DNA of 63,824 bases, the filler included, from Octopus bimaculoides (lineage: Eukaryota), in the NCBI RefSeq assembly GCF_001194135.2. It is 6 parts of 5 records of this genome, joined end to end, with 100 filler letters (N's around TTAATTAATTAA, not from the genome) between each part and the next. Parts side by side here need not be neighbours in the genome. Positions count along the whole stretch, not along the records: positions 1 to 14,683 come from NC_068993.1; positions 14,784 to 19,623 come from NC_068983.1; positions 19,724 to 37,661 come from NC_068994.1; 3 more parts are not named here. One strand, given 5' to 3'. The translations under genes were made by a program, and so were the position numbers. The first letter of the stretch is position 1, and every line of letters begins with the position of its first letter. Under the pieces are notes generated by a model. The model did not search any database and had not been told where the DNA came from. It saw only the letters and a program-made list of their open reading frames with translations. Shown here in pieces: positions 13,600 to 25,477 of this stretch.

Positions 13600-14400
13600 T
13601 ACCACCTTTTAGAGGGTGATACACTGCACACAGCCTTTCTCTCGTTTCACATGTTCGCTTCTCTCACGAGAAAAGTGTTTCTGTGGTTCAATTTTCCTTC
13701 ATATCCAGGTTTAATGCCAGTTCAAAGAGATCTGACTTGGCTGTTTGAAGGAGATTTTGATGTGGGACGGTCCTCAATAATAAAATTAATTGATATTCGG
13801 TCGATTCAGATTGACTATGACCCAGCGCATACATGTGCAACCTGGACAAGATGTGTTTTCGGTGGATGAGAAGTAGTTGTCCATGCATGCAAATCTCTCC
13901 TTTCACGCCACCAATGATTATCGATTGAGTGAAAAGGATACAGCTTGACACTCATGCCATCAATATAGTATATACAACAATGCATCTTTCTCGGACCTCC
14001 AAAAGTTCCAGAAATCCACCACCATCAATTGGGACTTATTGGAACTGTCAAAGTTGATCTCGGATGTATCTGAAATCGGAGAAGTGGCACGAGTCATTAT
14101 ATTTAAAAACTCTAAACAAGTCGTAATCTACAATTGCAACTTATCGCCACTATAACTTTAAAAGCACTTGTGAATGAAGTTTGTTTCTTGTAGGAACACA
14201 TTTCCTTTGGCGTATCACAATATAATGCTGCCCACACTCAGTCTCAATACCTTTATGATATCAGACCAAATTCTTAGAAACGACATTTGCGTGGATCTGA
14301 TTTAAGCAATCGCTCACCCCTTGAGACATTCATAAGGAGACACGATTGTGATGAGATAGTGATATTCAAGCAATGTCAATCCATCGACGGACAACGATGG
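13600..14400 (-). pseudogene. Possible degenerate LTR-retrotransposon (Gypsy-like integrase N-terminal) remnant
   Basis: Complex non-microsatellite sequence. Minus frames give GEICMHGQLLLIHRKHILSRLH and NTSCPGC, loosely like the Gypsy integrase H-H-C-C region. Many stops and frameshifts. Confidence 0.25.
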
Positions 14401-14683
14401 AAAGAGAATTTCTACATGTTAAACAAAAACAATAACGTTGCGATAAAATAAACTAACTAAAGCGAAGTATTCAAAATACTTATAACAATCTATTACTCAT
14501 TTACTAATTTACTTGTTTCAGTAATTTGACTGTGGCCATGCTGGAGTGCCGCCTTTAGTCGAGCAAATCGACAGTAGGACTTATTCTTTGTAAGCCTAGT
14601 ACTTATTCTATCGGGCCCTTTTGCCGTACCGCTAAGTTACTGGGACGTAAACACACCAGCATCATGTCAAGCGAAATTGGGCG

Positions 14684-14783
14684 NNNNNNNNNNNNNNNNN
14701 NNNNNNNNNNNNNNNNNNNNNNNNNNNTTAATTAATTAANNNNNNNNNNNNNNNNNNNNNNNNNNNNNNNNNNNNNNNNNNNN
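14684..14783. other. Assembly gap linker N44-TTAATTAATTAA-N44 (also at 19668, 37706, 41888, 62289)
   Basis: The same 12-mer, with stops in all six frames, sits between N runs; at 14684-14783 these are exactly 44 Ns each (100 bp in total). Confidence 0.93.
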
Positions 14784-14858
14784 TATATATATATATACAA
14801 ACGCATCTATATGCATATATGTATGCATGTCTGCGTGTATGTATATAGATAGACAGAC

Positions 14859-14915
<57 letters not shown>

Positions 14916-15771
14916 TGTTTGTATGCGTGGATGTGCCTCTGTGTGTTTGCATATGTCTGACTTTGTCTTTACGTTGATATCGCTTTAAAAAATCTGTCTG
15001 CCATATAACTAGTGGCTCGACACGTAAAGAGTGATAACCACTACAAGGATAATTGCGCCAATATGATCAATTAAAACCCTTCAAGGCGGTGTCCCAGTAT
15101 GGCCACTTTATATATTTTGCTCATTAACCAGCAATTTACTAGCTATATCCTGTTCCCGGATCGGAAGAGCGCATCTGTCTATATGAAATGTAATTGTACA
15201 ATTCAAAGGTTTAAAAAACCGTCATATCCAATGTATGTGTACATGTGTTATTGCTTACGCAGTTATGAGATCTCGCTTTATGTTATTCTGTTTGGGAGAA
15301 TTGGAAATGTGTATTCAATGTGCGCCCATGTGTTTCTAAAAGAAGGAAGTATTGTGTACAGGAACATGGCCGGTTGTTGTTTTGGTGGTGTTGGCAATGA
15401 TGATGATAATGATGATAGTGTTTTTGGTGAGGTGGAAACAGTGATGTTGATGGTGGTGTTTTTGGCTGCATTATTGTTGTCATTTTTTCGCAGTTTAAAT
15501 GATTAGATTAATATATAGTTGTGTTTGTTGTAGTCGTGGTTTTGTGAGTCTAACGAAGACAAAGGCACGACAAAGAAATTTACTTCAATCTCCGCCCCTC
15601 ACACAATGTCTTGAACTCCAATTTTTATGGTTAACCCTTTCCCACTGAAAACTGAAAAGAGATCACGGAACACTCCTTTGGCGATCGATGGCAGCATTTA
15701 GCTACCAGTTCTAAACTGCTATCATCCTCTGCGCATCTTCCCAAACCTGCACCCTTCTATTCTCACCGTTC

Positions 15772-15812
<41 letters not shown>

Positions 15813-16128
15813 TGTATGTGTGTTCCATCATATACCATCATATTTCCCCTTCTTAACCTCATTCTCCGACGCTAACTTCAACGACAATGATGACGATGAC
15901 ATGAATTCTCCATCCATCTGTTTTCAGATTTTTCTTTTTCTGTCTGTCTGGTTGATCAAATGGTGTCCAGATTTTGTCACCGCCTTAACACTTTACTTCC
16001 TCCCCTAAAATTTTTCTTCTGTCATTTCTTTCGTATCTTCTAATTCCTTCTCCTCCATCTCATCATCATTACTATTACCATCATCATCATTGTCATTTTC
16101 GTCGTTCTTTCATTCTTCTTCAGTATCC

Positions 16129-16228
<100 letters not shown>

Positions 16229-16316
16229 NNNNNNNNNNNNNNNNNNNNNNNNNNNNNNNNNNNNNNNNNNNNNNNNNNNNNNNNNNNNNNNNNNNNNNNN
16301 NNNNNNNNNNNNNNNN

Positions 16317-16392
<76 letters not shown>

Positions 16393-16998
16393 TTACTACT
16401 ACCCATTATCACTCATTTGTTTTTGCATATTTTGTAACTTACATCATTTAACTTTTCTTCCCATTCTCCTACCTCATCCCCTTTTCTTCTGTTCCTGCTT
16501 TATAGGTTTTCGTATTCGTAAATAATAATTATTTGAATTGTACTGCCCCTTAATCTAATATACAGGTTTCTCTTTTGTTGGCTTTTTAGATGGTAAAATA
16601 GGTAGAGCGATCAATAAGACATTGCGTTATGCAGTTACGCCCCACCTAATGAGCAGAATATTAATGCTACGGCTGTCAATCTTACCAGTCGTTATAAGAG
16701 TGTCAATAAAATAGACGACGAGTCAAACAACTTGCTACGTCCTTCTTTCCTTCCTCCCAAGTTTCTGGTAATTCAACCATGTTAGAAACAATTTAGGGCG
16801 ATAGATTGACTGAATCGTTAGATCGTCGAACAAAATGCTTCGCAGTATTTCATTGTGCTATTCTACGTTCTGAGTTCAAATACTGTTAAGGTTAACCTTA
16901 CCTTTCATTCAGCTGTAGTTGCAAATGTAAAATACCAGAGAAGTATTGGGGGTCGATTGCATAATTTATTTCAGACTTTGCGTGTCTGTTCTGTTCCT

Positions 16999-17229
16999 TT
17001 TTCATTTACTTGTTTCAGTCATTAAGCTGTGGCCATTCTGGGGCATCGCCTGAAGAATTTTAAGCTGAAAGTATCGACCTCAGTACTTATTATTTTTTTT
17101 AAAGCCTGATACATATTCTATCGGTTTCTTTCGCCGAACCGCTAGTGTTACGGGGACGCAAACACACCAGCACTAGTTGTCAAGCAGTGGACGTGGAGCA
17201 AACACAGACACAAAGACACACACACATAT

Positions 17230-17283
<54 letters not shown>
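16999..17283 (-). mobile_element. 3' half of CORE-like SINE (family C) ending in its internal (CA)n tract
   Basis: acttgtttcagtcatt..gtggccat.ctggggc...gccgaaccgctagtgttacggggacgcaaacacaccagc matches the 3' half of the full copy at 42275-42692. Confidence 0.8.
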
Positions 17284-17284
<1 letters not shown>

Positions 17285-17649
17285 NNNNNNNNNNNNNNNN
17301 NNNNNNNNNNNNNNNNNNNNNNNNNNNNNNNNNNNNNNNNNNNNNNNNNNNNNNNNNNNNNNNNNNNNNNNNNNNNNNNNNNNNNNNNNNNNNNNNNNNN
17401 NNNNNNNNNNNNNNNNNNNNNNNNNNNNNNNNNNNNNNNNNNNNNNNNNNNNNNNNNNNNNNNNNNNNNNNNNNNNNNNNNNNNNNNNNNNNNNGAAAAT
17501 CCGGCTCTTTACGTTCTGAGTTCAAATTCCGCCCAAGTCGACATAGTCTTTTATCATATCGGAGTCGATAAAATAAGTACCGATTGAGAACTGGCTTTCT
17601 AGGTAATCACTAGCCCCCTACCGCAAAAATTTCAGGCCTTGTTAATTAG

Positions 17650-17945
17650 TGGTTCCCGAAAGTAAGGTCATGAGTTCAATTCCCCGCGACGCGTTGTGTC
17701 CTTGAGCAAGACACTTTACTTCACGTTGCTCCAGTCCACTCAACTGGCAAAAATGAGTAGTACCTGTATTTCAAAGGGCCAGTCTTGTCCCATTCTGTGT
17801 CATGCTGAATCTCCCTGAGAACTACGTTAAGGGTACACGTGTCTGTGGAGAGCTCAGTCACTTGCACGTTAACTTCACGAGCAAGCTATTCCGTTGATCG
17901 TATCAGCTGGGACCCTCGTCGTCGTAACCGACAGAATGCCAGCTA
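17650..17945 (+). mobile_element. tRNA-headed SINE family D sharing its 3' tail with family T
   Basis: B-box-like gagttcaattcc, then gttgtgtccttgagcaagacactttacttcac, then tail gagaactacgttaagggtacacgtgtctgtggag...gtcgtaaccgac near-identical to the tail at 32500-32630. Confidence 0.8.
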
Positions 17946-18000
17946 CAACTCCAAATAATATTTAACTTTATCACAAAACTAACTCAATAACATTCTTTCT

Positions 18001-18050
18001 TCTTTCTTTCCTTCTGTCTCACTTTTTATTTCTGTTTCTCTTCTTCACAG
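18001..18050 (+). promoter_or_regulatory. 3' splice site (polypyrimidine tract + CAG) of the last Gfi1/sens intron
   Basis: tctttctttccttctgtctcactttttatttctgtttctcttcttcacAG directly precedes the zinc-finger frame. Confidence 0.9.
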
Positions 18051-18229
18051 GTGAGAAGCCACACAAGTGCTTGGTTTGCGGCAAAGCTTTCAGTCAGTCG
18101 TCCAACTTAATTACTCACAGTCGGAAACACACGGGTTACAAACCGTTTTCCTGTGAACGGTGTGGACGATCGTTCCAGCGTAAGGTAGATCTACGACGTC
18201 ATATTGACACTAACCATCACCTACACTGA
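18051..18229 (+). CDS. Gfi1: Terminal coding exon of a Gfi1/Gfi1b/senseless-family C2H2 zinc-finger repressor (ZF5-ZF6 to stop)
   Basis: After a pyrimidine tract and CAG acceptor, phase-1 translation gives (G)[61 protein letters not shown] at 18227-18229. [17 protein letters not shown] and [10 protein letters not shown]-x4-H are the diagnostic Gfi1/sens recognition helices. Missing from the supplied ORF track because it is an exon. Confidence 0.96.
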
Positions 18230-18333
18230 GATAACTTATTGAAACTTTCAAATTGAGTGAATATCTTGTGGCTGTGGTAGCGTGTCATTCAGATATACAA
18301 AAACACATACGCTCAAATTTATATACATACATG

Positions 18334-18395
<62 letters not shown>

Positions 18396-18600
18396 TATAT
18401 GCATACATACATGCATACATACATGCATACATATATAAATATGTGCTTGTGTATGTATGTATGTATGTATGTATGCATGTATGTATACACACCTACATAC
18501 GTGCATACATGCACATATATATTCGTAGATACATACATACGCTCACACATACACATAATCAACAATCATCATTCAATGAAGTAATTGATTAATATTTACG

Positions 18601-18606
18601 AATAAA
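18601..18606 (+). terminator. Candidate proximal polyadenylation signal of Gfi1/sens
   Basis: AATAAA about 370 nt downstream of the stop, after the 3'UTR microsatellites. AATAAA is common in AT-rich DNA, so weak on its own. Confidence 0.3.
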
Positions 18607-19524
18607 TCAAACAAAACTTTACAGACCAAACAGTAATCCAGAAGCAAAACAGTTACCAAAAATACCAAACAACCTACAGACGAAGGAACCGAACCCAGTC
18701 GTTAAACTGGATTATTAGCGACATTGGAACAAGACGCTTGATTTTCTTGCTAGCCACTTCTACTGGCAACATCAACCTGTATATTTTTCCTATCAAAATT
18801 TTTTAAGTGTTCAAATCTCAGTATGTTAGAATCACATACCGCAAGAGTCCCAGTTGGTACGAATTCTATATCTTGTGTTGCCTAAAACGTTGTAAGAATC
18901 ACAATGCTCTGTGAAACAATATCGGATTGTTAGAGACACATTAGATATGAAATCCAAATTCTCTGAGTTCCAATTCACAGAGCTAAAGCCTGAATCTGTC
19001 AAGAACTTCACAGTTTCAGAACAAATACCTCACATACTTTTATAATGATCCATTTTATGAACCTCGACCAGCTAGAAATAATAATCTTATCCCCCTCACG
19101 AACCGCAGTCTACTGTCTTAATCAAAAACATAGTCCTTATATACAAAATGGCAAGGTGGTCACGGCTGTAACGCCTTTGATCGAAGTCTGCTTCATCCAA
19201 AATAATTTGGCGCTGGTTAAAAAAAAACATACTTTTAGGAAGTATTTCGCTAAAGGTGAAAACTTTTCTATTTCAAAATCTCCAACACAACATTATTTCA
19301 AGCATACGCGAGGTCTTATGTGAAACATTATATATAAATTATATTTAAAATATTTAAGGTTAACTGCCACCAGATAAAATATACGAAAAAATACATTTCC
19401 CAAATTAGTGCTTATAATATCATATAGCTCTTATTACATCATCACATATATACATACATCATACATACAAATATATATAATATATATATGGGTTGAGATA
19501 TACATATATATATACACACACACA

Positions 19525-19563
<39 letters not shown>

Positions 19564-20924
19564 TGGGTTGAGATATACATACATATATATATATATGCAT
19601 ATGTATATACATAAATATATATANNNNNNNNNNNNNNNNNNNNNNNNNNNNNNNNNNNNNNNNNNNNTTAATTAATTAANNNNNNNNNNNNNNNNNNNNN
19701 NNNNNNNNNNNNNNNNNNNNNNNACACCTAAACTTACACTCATTTACACAACCTTTTCCTCGTTCTCATCTTCTCTTCTTCACTTCAAATATCCCTCCCT
19801 CCAGCCCATGCATATCCGTTCCGTACACATACAACAAATCTTCATTTTTCTTCTTCTTCTTAATTCACTTCTCTTTGTCTTATTCTTTTACTCTCCATAT
19901 CCAAATCCTTAATTCTCACACCAGCTTTCTTTAGTTCCTCTTAAAGTTCGTAGGTCATTTTGATTGTTCTTCCACTTACTGCCTCTTCTGCCCTTCCATA
20001 CGTTTTATATTATTCCTTAATCCCTCGACTCCTGTTCTTCCAATTTCCATCTCCTTCTTAAGTCTTTCTCTTGTTTTCTCCATTAATTTCTCTTCACATT
20101 TTTCGTTCCTCCTCCCAACACTTCTCGTATCGTTTTCATTATTCATTCTCGACCTCCAACTTCTCTTCTTCCATAGTTTTCCTTCTACTTCTTTGCATTC
20201 TCTACTTCTTCTTCCTCCTTCTCTTCTAGCTTTATACCAATCTATCACCAACACTTTTCCAATTTTTAAATTTTCTCCACTTCCTCCTTCCCTTCCTCCT
20301 TATTTTGCCCACTTTTCCTCTTACACTTTATCTCTTCCATACTCTGATTCCACGCCGTCCCCCACACTTATTCAGTCGTTTTCTCTGTCCATGCTGCTTC
20401 CCACCTACCTCCCACCACTTCGACATATACATGCACTTTTACTTGTTCAGTGTATAATTTTGTTAGCTAGAAATGTTGAATGACACTTGAGGGTTAGATC
20501 TCTTTCAAACTCTCTCTCTCTCTCTCGTTCTTTCTCTCTCTCTCTCTCTCTCTCGCTGTTTCCCTCTCTCTCTCTCTCTTCCTTGTTACCTCTCTCTTTA
20601 TTTTCATGTGCCTATTTGCATATGTATGCATATATAAATGTGTGTGCATGTATATAGTGTACATACACACACATACAGATATATATATACGCATGTATAT
20701 GTTTTAAAATATAGATGGATAGAGAGAGAGAGAGGAAAAGAAAGAGACATAGAAAGAGAGATACACACTCACACATGCAGGTACAAAGATGTAGTTACAG
20801 ATATGTCATGGAAGGATGTGTATGTGGCTATACATGTATACACATACATACATACATACATGCATGCATGCATACATACATACATACATACATACATACA
20901 TACATACATGCATAGATAAATAAT

Positions 20925-21115
20925 CTTTTCTATTATAGGAACAAGGTCTGAAACCTTGGGGAAGGAGGCTACTCGATTATTTCGATCCCAGTACTCAACT
21001 GGTACTTATTTCATCGACCACAAACGGATGAAAAGGAAAGTTGATCTCGGCCGCATTTGATCGCAGAACTCAGACGAAATCCGTTAAGCGTTTTGTCCGG
21101 CGTGCTGACGTTTCC
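20925..21115 (-). mobile_element. Degenerate SINE family M copy, tail A
   Basis: tttctattataggaacaaggtctgaaacc...cccagtactcaactggtacttatttcatcgacc...cggcgtgctgacgtttc. Confidence 0.75.
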
Positions 21116-21187
21116 TCTACACATAATACATGTACATATGCACAGACAGATGCATGCATATACATGCTTACATGCTTACATTTATAC

Positions 21188-21226
<39 letters not shown>

Positions 21227-21967
21227 TTCATATACATGGACGCATACGTACATACATACACACACGCATACATACATACATACATACATACATACATACA
21301 TACATGCAAACATACAGACATGCATACATAAATACATACATACATACATGCAAACATACAGACATGCATACGTACATACGTAAGTGCGTAGGAACGAGTA
21401 GGAAGGGAAAATGGTATAAATGAAATGATATAGTTTGATATGTTTATATATTTGAAAACATCTCGTCAACTATGCTTTCTTGAAGGCAGATCAGCGTTCC
21501 AATATTTATGCACACTACGCATGCGCGCATACACAAACACATGAACTCATACGCACACAACTATTCTTTACCATTCTCCAAAAAAAACCGAACACTTGTA
21601 ACAAGCATTCGAATTAATACGAAACAGACTAATCCTAAATGTTACCGAGAAAACAGAAATAATATTGGATTTGGCATTAAAAATATATAATTAAATATAT
21701 TAGATACAAAAAAAAAAAATGAAAAAAGAAACTGAAATAAACGATTTAATAAATAAATTATGGAAACACATACAGAAATAAAGTCATAGAATTTATCTCT
21801 TTGCTAAGTTGCAGAACTGCAGCAATCGAAAATTCCCCAAGGATGTTCGTGGCATTAAAAGAGCTAAANNNNNNNNNNNNNNNNNNNNNNNNNNNNNNNN
21901 NNNNNNNNNNNNNNNNNNNNNNNNNNNNNNNNNNNNNNNNNNNNNNNNNNNNNNNNNNNNNNNNNNN

Positions 21968-22190
21968 NTGAGCTGGTAGAATCGTTAGCACGCCGGGCGA
22001 AATGCTAAGCGGTATTTCGCCTGTCTTCACGTTCCGTGTTCAAATTCCGCCGAGGTCGACTTTACCTTTCATATTTTCGGGGGTTGATAAAATAAATATC
22101 AGCTGAACACTGGGGTAGATGTAATCGACTCATCCCCACACGAATGGCTACCCTTGTGACAAAATTTGAAACCATTATTATTATTGTTGT
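21968..22190 (+). mobile_element. SINE family M copy with a third tail variant and (ATT)n end
   Basis: gagctggtagaatcgttagcacgccgggcgaaatgct head, M body, tail cttgtgacaaaatttgaaacc-attattatt. Confidence 0.8.
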
Positions 22191-22997
22191 CGTTTTGTTG
22201 TTGTTGTTGTTGTTGTTGTTGTTATCATTATTATTATTTGCTCTTTTTCCGAGGTAGTTATAAACTGGTTAACTGGTTGAGCTTCTAAATCAGTATATGA
22301 GTTATTGATCATCCAGGCTGCGACTGTGGAGGTAAGTCTATTCTGTTTAAAAAGTGCCATCGTACAAAGACAACACAAACACTTCTTCCCCTATTTTCTT
22401 TCCAACCGAACTACGACAATGAAACCACAAATGTTGAAATATGAAACGTTGAGAAATCCTGTATTAATGTCGGCTCAATTAACGCTTGAATTTCATGCTG
22501 CTTGATACTGAATTAGATAAAAATCGAGCAGGATATCGTACAGAGCTGTTATCCGGATGCATTAGAGGATGGTAGGATGTAATTAGAGAACAATTTAACG
22601 CAGGGGCAATATAAATATTCTAATAACACCATCCAACACAATAAATGAAACGAATAATGAATGTCAAACAAATACAATGAATATCGTACCAAACACATTT
22701 AAGTACGAATAAAAAAACACCACTTAATAAGGCAGATGAAACTTATTTACGGGAAGTATATCGAGAAAATACTTTATCTGCTAAAACTTTTGACACGTTA
22801 CCAGTCTGTGCGTATGTGTGTGAGTGGTGGGTAGAGTTTGGTGGTTTCATACTGGTGTGAATTGCAATTAAGCGAAGTACTCAACATTGTTAGGTAAAGT
22901 GGAATGACATTATTTATTTATTCGAAGCGGGGTTTCTCATTTCCGTCCTCTCTCTCTCTCTCCCTGTCCCCTTCGCTTTTTCTCTCTCCCTCTCGCT

Positions 22998-23046
<49 letters not shown>

Positions 23047-23407
23047 NNNNNNNNNNNNNNNNNNNNNNNNNNNNNNNNNNNNNNNNNNNNNNNNNNNNNN
23101 NNNNNNNNTATATATATATATATATATATATATACACTTACATTTTGCATGCATACTCACGCGCGCGTGCGTGTATGTGTTTGTCTGTATAGCAATGGTA
23201 TAAGAGGTATTGGTATCCAGAAGACCCAAGATGGTAGGTAAGGCTATGTAAGTACTACGGGAGGACCGTAGTTAGACTCTTGGTTCGATAATAATACGAG
23301 TGGGGAGTCTAATGCGGGTCTTGTGTTAGCATGCATATGTTAAATAAAATGAGAGAACATAACCAAGGTTATGTGGAATTTATAGGGCATTTATAAAGAA
23401 AAAGGTA

Positions 23408-23455
23408 GTCTTACAGCTGTTTCTGGGATATTAGGAATATCCCTTCATCAGAGAT
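23408..23455 (-). ncRNA. Minimal type I hammerhead ribozyme motif (left arm of the fold-back)
   Basis: Minus strand: atct-CTGATGA-a-GGGATATT-cct-AATATCCC-a-GAAA-CAGCTG-TA-agac. Perfect 8-bp helix II, palindromic helix III (ACAG/CTGT), GUA triplet, 3-bp helix I. Non-canonical A.A at the base of helix II. Confidence 0.7.
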
Positions 23456-23991
23456 GATATGAGAGAGCTACTAGACGGAAATTTTAGAGTTATTTTGGAA
23501 AAAGATGGATGTAGGAAGTATAAAGGGAAATAAGAAAATAAAAATAAAAGTAAAAATATATGTTCCATTATCCAAGGAAAGTGGTATGTAGAATGGGTAG
23601 AAATGCTTCTTGTCCATGTTATGTAGATTCCGATAAGAGTTCATATTTTGTTATTACGAGTGGATAGTGTGGAGACATAAATTCCATGTGCAGTTCATTC
23701 AAAGAGCCCTTTGAATGAATAACACATGGAATTTATGTCTCCACACTATCTACTTGTAATAACAAAATATGAACTCCTATTGGAATCTACATAGCATGGA
23801 CAAGAAGCATTTCTACCCATTCTACATCCCACTTTCCTTGGATAATGGAACTGCAACTGTAATATCCTACATATATTTTTACTCTCATTTTTATTCTCTT
23901 ATTTCTCTTTATACTTCCTATATTCATACTTTTCCAAAATAACTCCTTATATTGAACTCTACTATTTCCCTCTAGTTAACTCTCTCATATC

Positions 23992-24039
23992 GTTTCTGAT
24001 GAAGGGATATCCTTAGTGTCCCAGAAACAGCTATAAGAC
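23992..24039 (+). ncRNA. Hammerhead ribozyme motif, partly decayed (right arm of the fold-back)
   Basis: gttt-CTGATGA-a-GGGAT...GTCCC-a-GAAA-CAGCTA-TA-agac. A G>A change breaks helix III. Confidence 0.55.
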
Positions 24040-24900
24040 TACCTTTCTCTTTATAAATGTCATCTAAACTCCACACAGTCATGGTCTTGTTGTCTCATAT
24101 ATATANNNNNNNNNNNNNNNNNNNNNNNNNNNNNNNNNNNNNNNNNNNNNNNNNNNNNNNNNNNNNNNNNNNNNNNNNNNNNNNNNNNNNNNNNNNNNNN
24201 NNNNNNNNNNNNNNNNNNNNNNNNNNNNNNNNNNNNNNNNNNNNNNNNNNNNNNNNNNNNNNNNNNNNNNNNNNNNNNNNNNNNNNNNNNNNNNNNNNNN
24301 NNNNNNNNNNNNNNNNNNNNNNNNNNNNNNNNNNNNNNNNNNNNNNNNNNNNNNNNNNNNNNNNNNNNNNNNNNNNNNNNNNNNNNNNNNNNNNNNNNNN
24401 NNNNNNNNNNNNNNNNNNNNNNNNNNNNNNNNNNNNNNNNNNNNNNNNNNNNNNNNNNNNNNNNNNNNNNNNNNNNNNNNNNNNNNNNNNNNNNNNNNNN
24501 NNNNNNNNNNNNNNNNNNNNNNNNNNNNNNNNNNNNNNNNNNNNNNNNNNNNNNNNNNNNNNNNNNNNNNNNNNNNNNNNNNNNNNNNNNNNNNNNNNNN
24601 NNNNNNNNNNNNNNNNNNNNNNNNNNNNNNNNNNNNNNNNGAGTTGAAATTCCGGCGAGGTCGACTACGCCTTTCATCTTTTCGGGGTCGATAAATTAAC
24701 TACCAGTTGCGTACTGACCCCCCGCCCCACAAAAAAAAAAATGGGGAGCCTCGTGCCTAGAATAGAAAAGAATATATATGGAAGTGGAGTGTGGGCCGTT
24801 TAGTTTGTACTGACATGGAGTCATATAAGTTGCAATAATAACGTCAAACCAAACAGTGATATTTTGAAATCATTTGAACGTGCGTTTCATGTCTATGTAA

Positions 24901-25460
24901 TATGAGGCTGGGCTGAAAATTTCATAGGCTGATTATGAAGGAGTGATGCTAGAGCTGTGAAATCTTGCATGCATTAATTTCGACCCTTCCTATTAATAAC
25001 TGCATTGTTTCTTTCCAGGCAAAATGACATCTGACTGTTCAAAGAAAACTTCAGAGATATTTAATAGTGACTTCTCTTGACAATCGACGACATTGTACCT
25101 GCAGAAAAACGGTTTAGCCCCCAACGACATTCATGTTGATATGGTTGCTACATTAGGAAATGACGCCCTAGTTTTATCAACAGGGATAAAGTCGGCAACT
25201 GAATTTAAGAGGGGAAAGGGATAGTCTTGAAGATGACCCAAGGTCTGGATGTCCTGCAACTGCCACTACCGAGGAAAACCTTGATCGTATTCACTGCATG
25301 GTTATGGACGACATATCCCATGAGAGAGTTAAGCATACTATGCACAATGAACTTGGCATCAGGAAGGTTTCTGCTTAGTGAGTGACACGTCTTCCGACAC
25401 CTGATCAAAAGCGCACCAGGATGATCACATTACGAGAAAATCTGGCATTTCCAGCTGGTT
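24901..25460 (+). mobile_element. Mariner (Tc1/mariner) left end and N-terminal transposase remnant
   Basis: Starts TA-tgaggctgggctgaaaat. Translation across frameshifts LYLQKNGLAPNDIHVDMVATLGNDA...DSLEDDPRSGCPATATTEEN...MHNELGIRKVSA**VTRL (degenerate HTH, RSGRP and WVPR motifs). Confidence 0.85.
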
Positions 25461-25477
25461 TCCACATAAGCGAGTAA

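Larger units (their letters stand above)
23351..24096. repeat. ~746-bp fold-back: two inverted Penelope-type terminal repeats centred at ~23706
   Basis: Centre ttcattcaaag-agcc-ctttgaatgaa. The arms pair recognisably for ~350 bp (for example catttataaagaaaaaggtagtctta versus taagactacctttctctttataaatg), with a few indels. Confidence 0.92.

Noticed and set aside
14728-14739. TTAATTAATTAA recurring five times, superficially a conserved motif or homeodomain site
   Set aside because: Always centred in N runs and encodes stops in six frames: an assembly gap linker.
18182-18190. Internal donor AAG|GTAGAT within the ZF6 coding sequence
   Set aside because: The sequence is dictated by the conserved RKVD peptide and the frame ends cleanly at a stop at the expected length.
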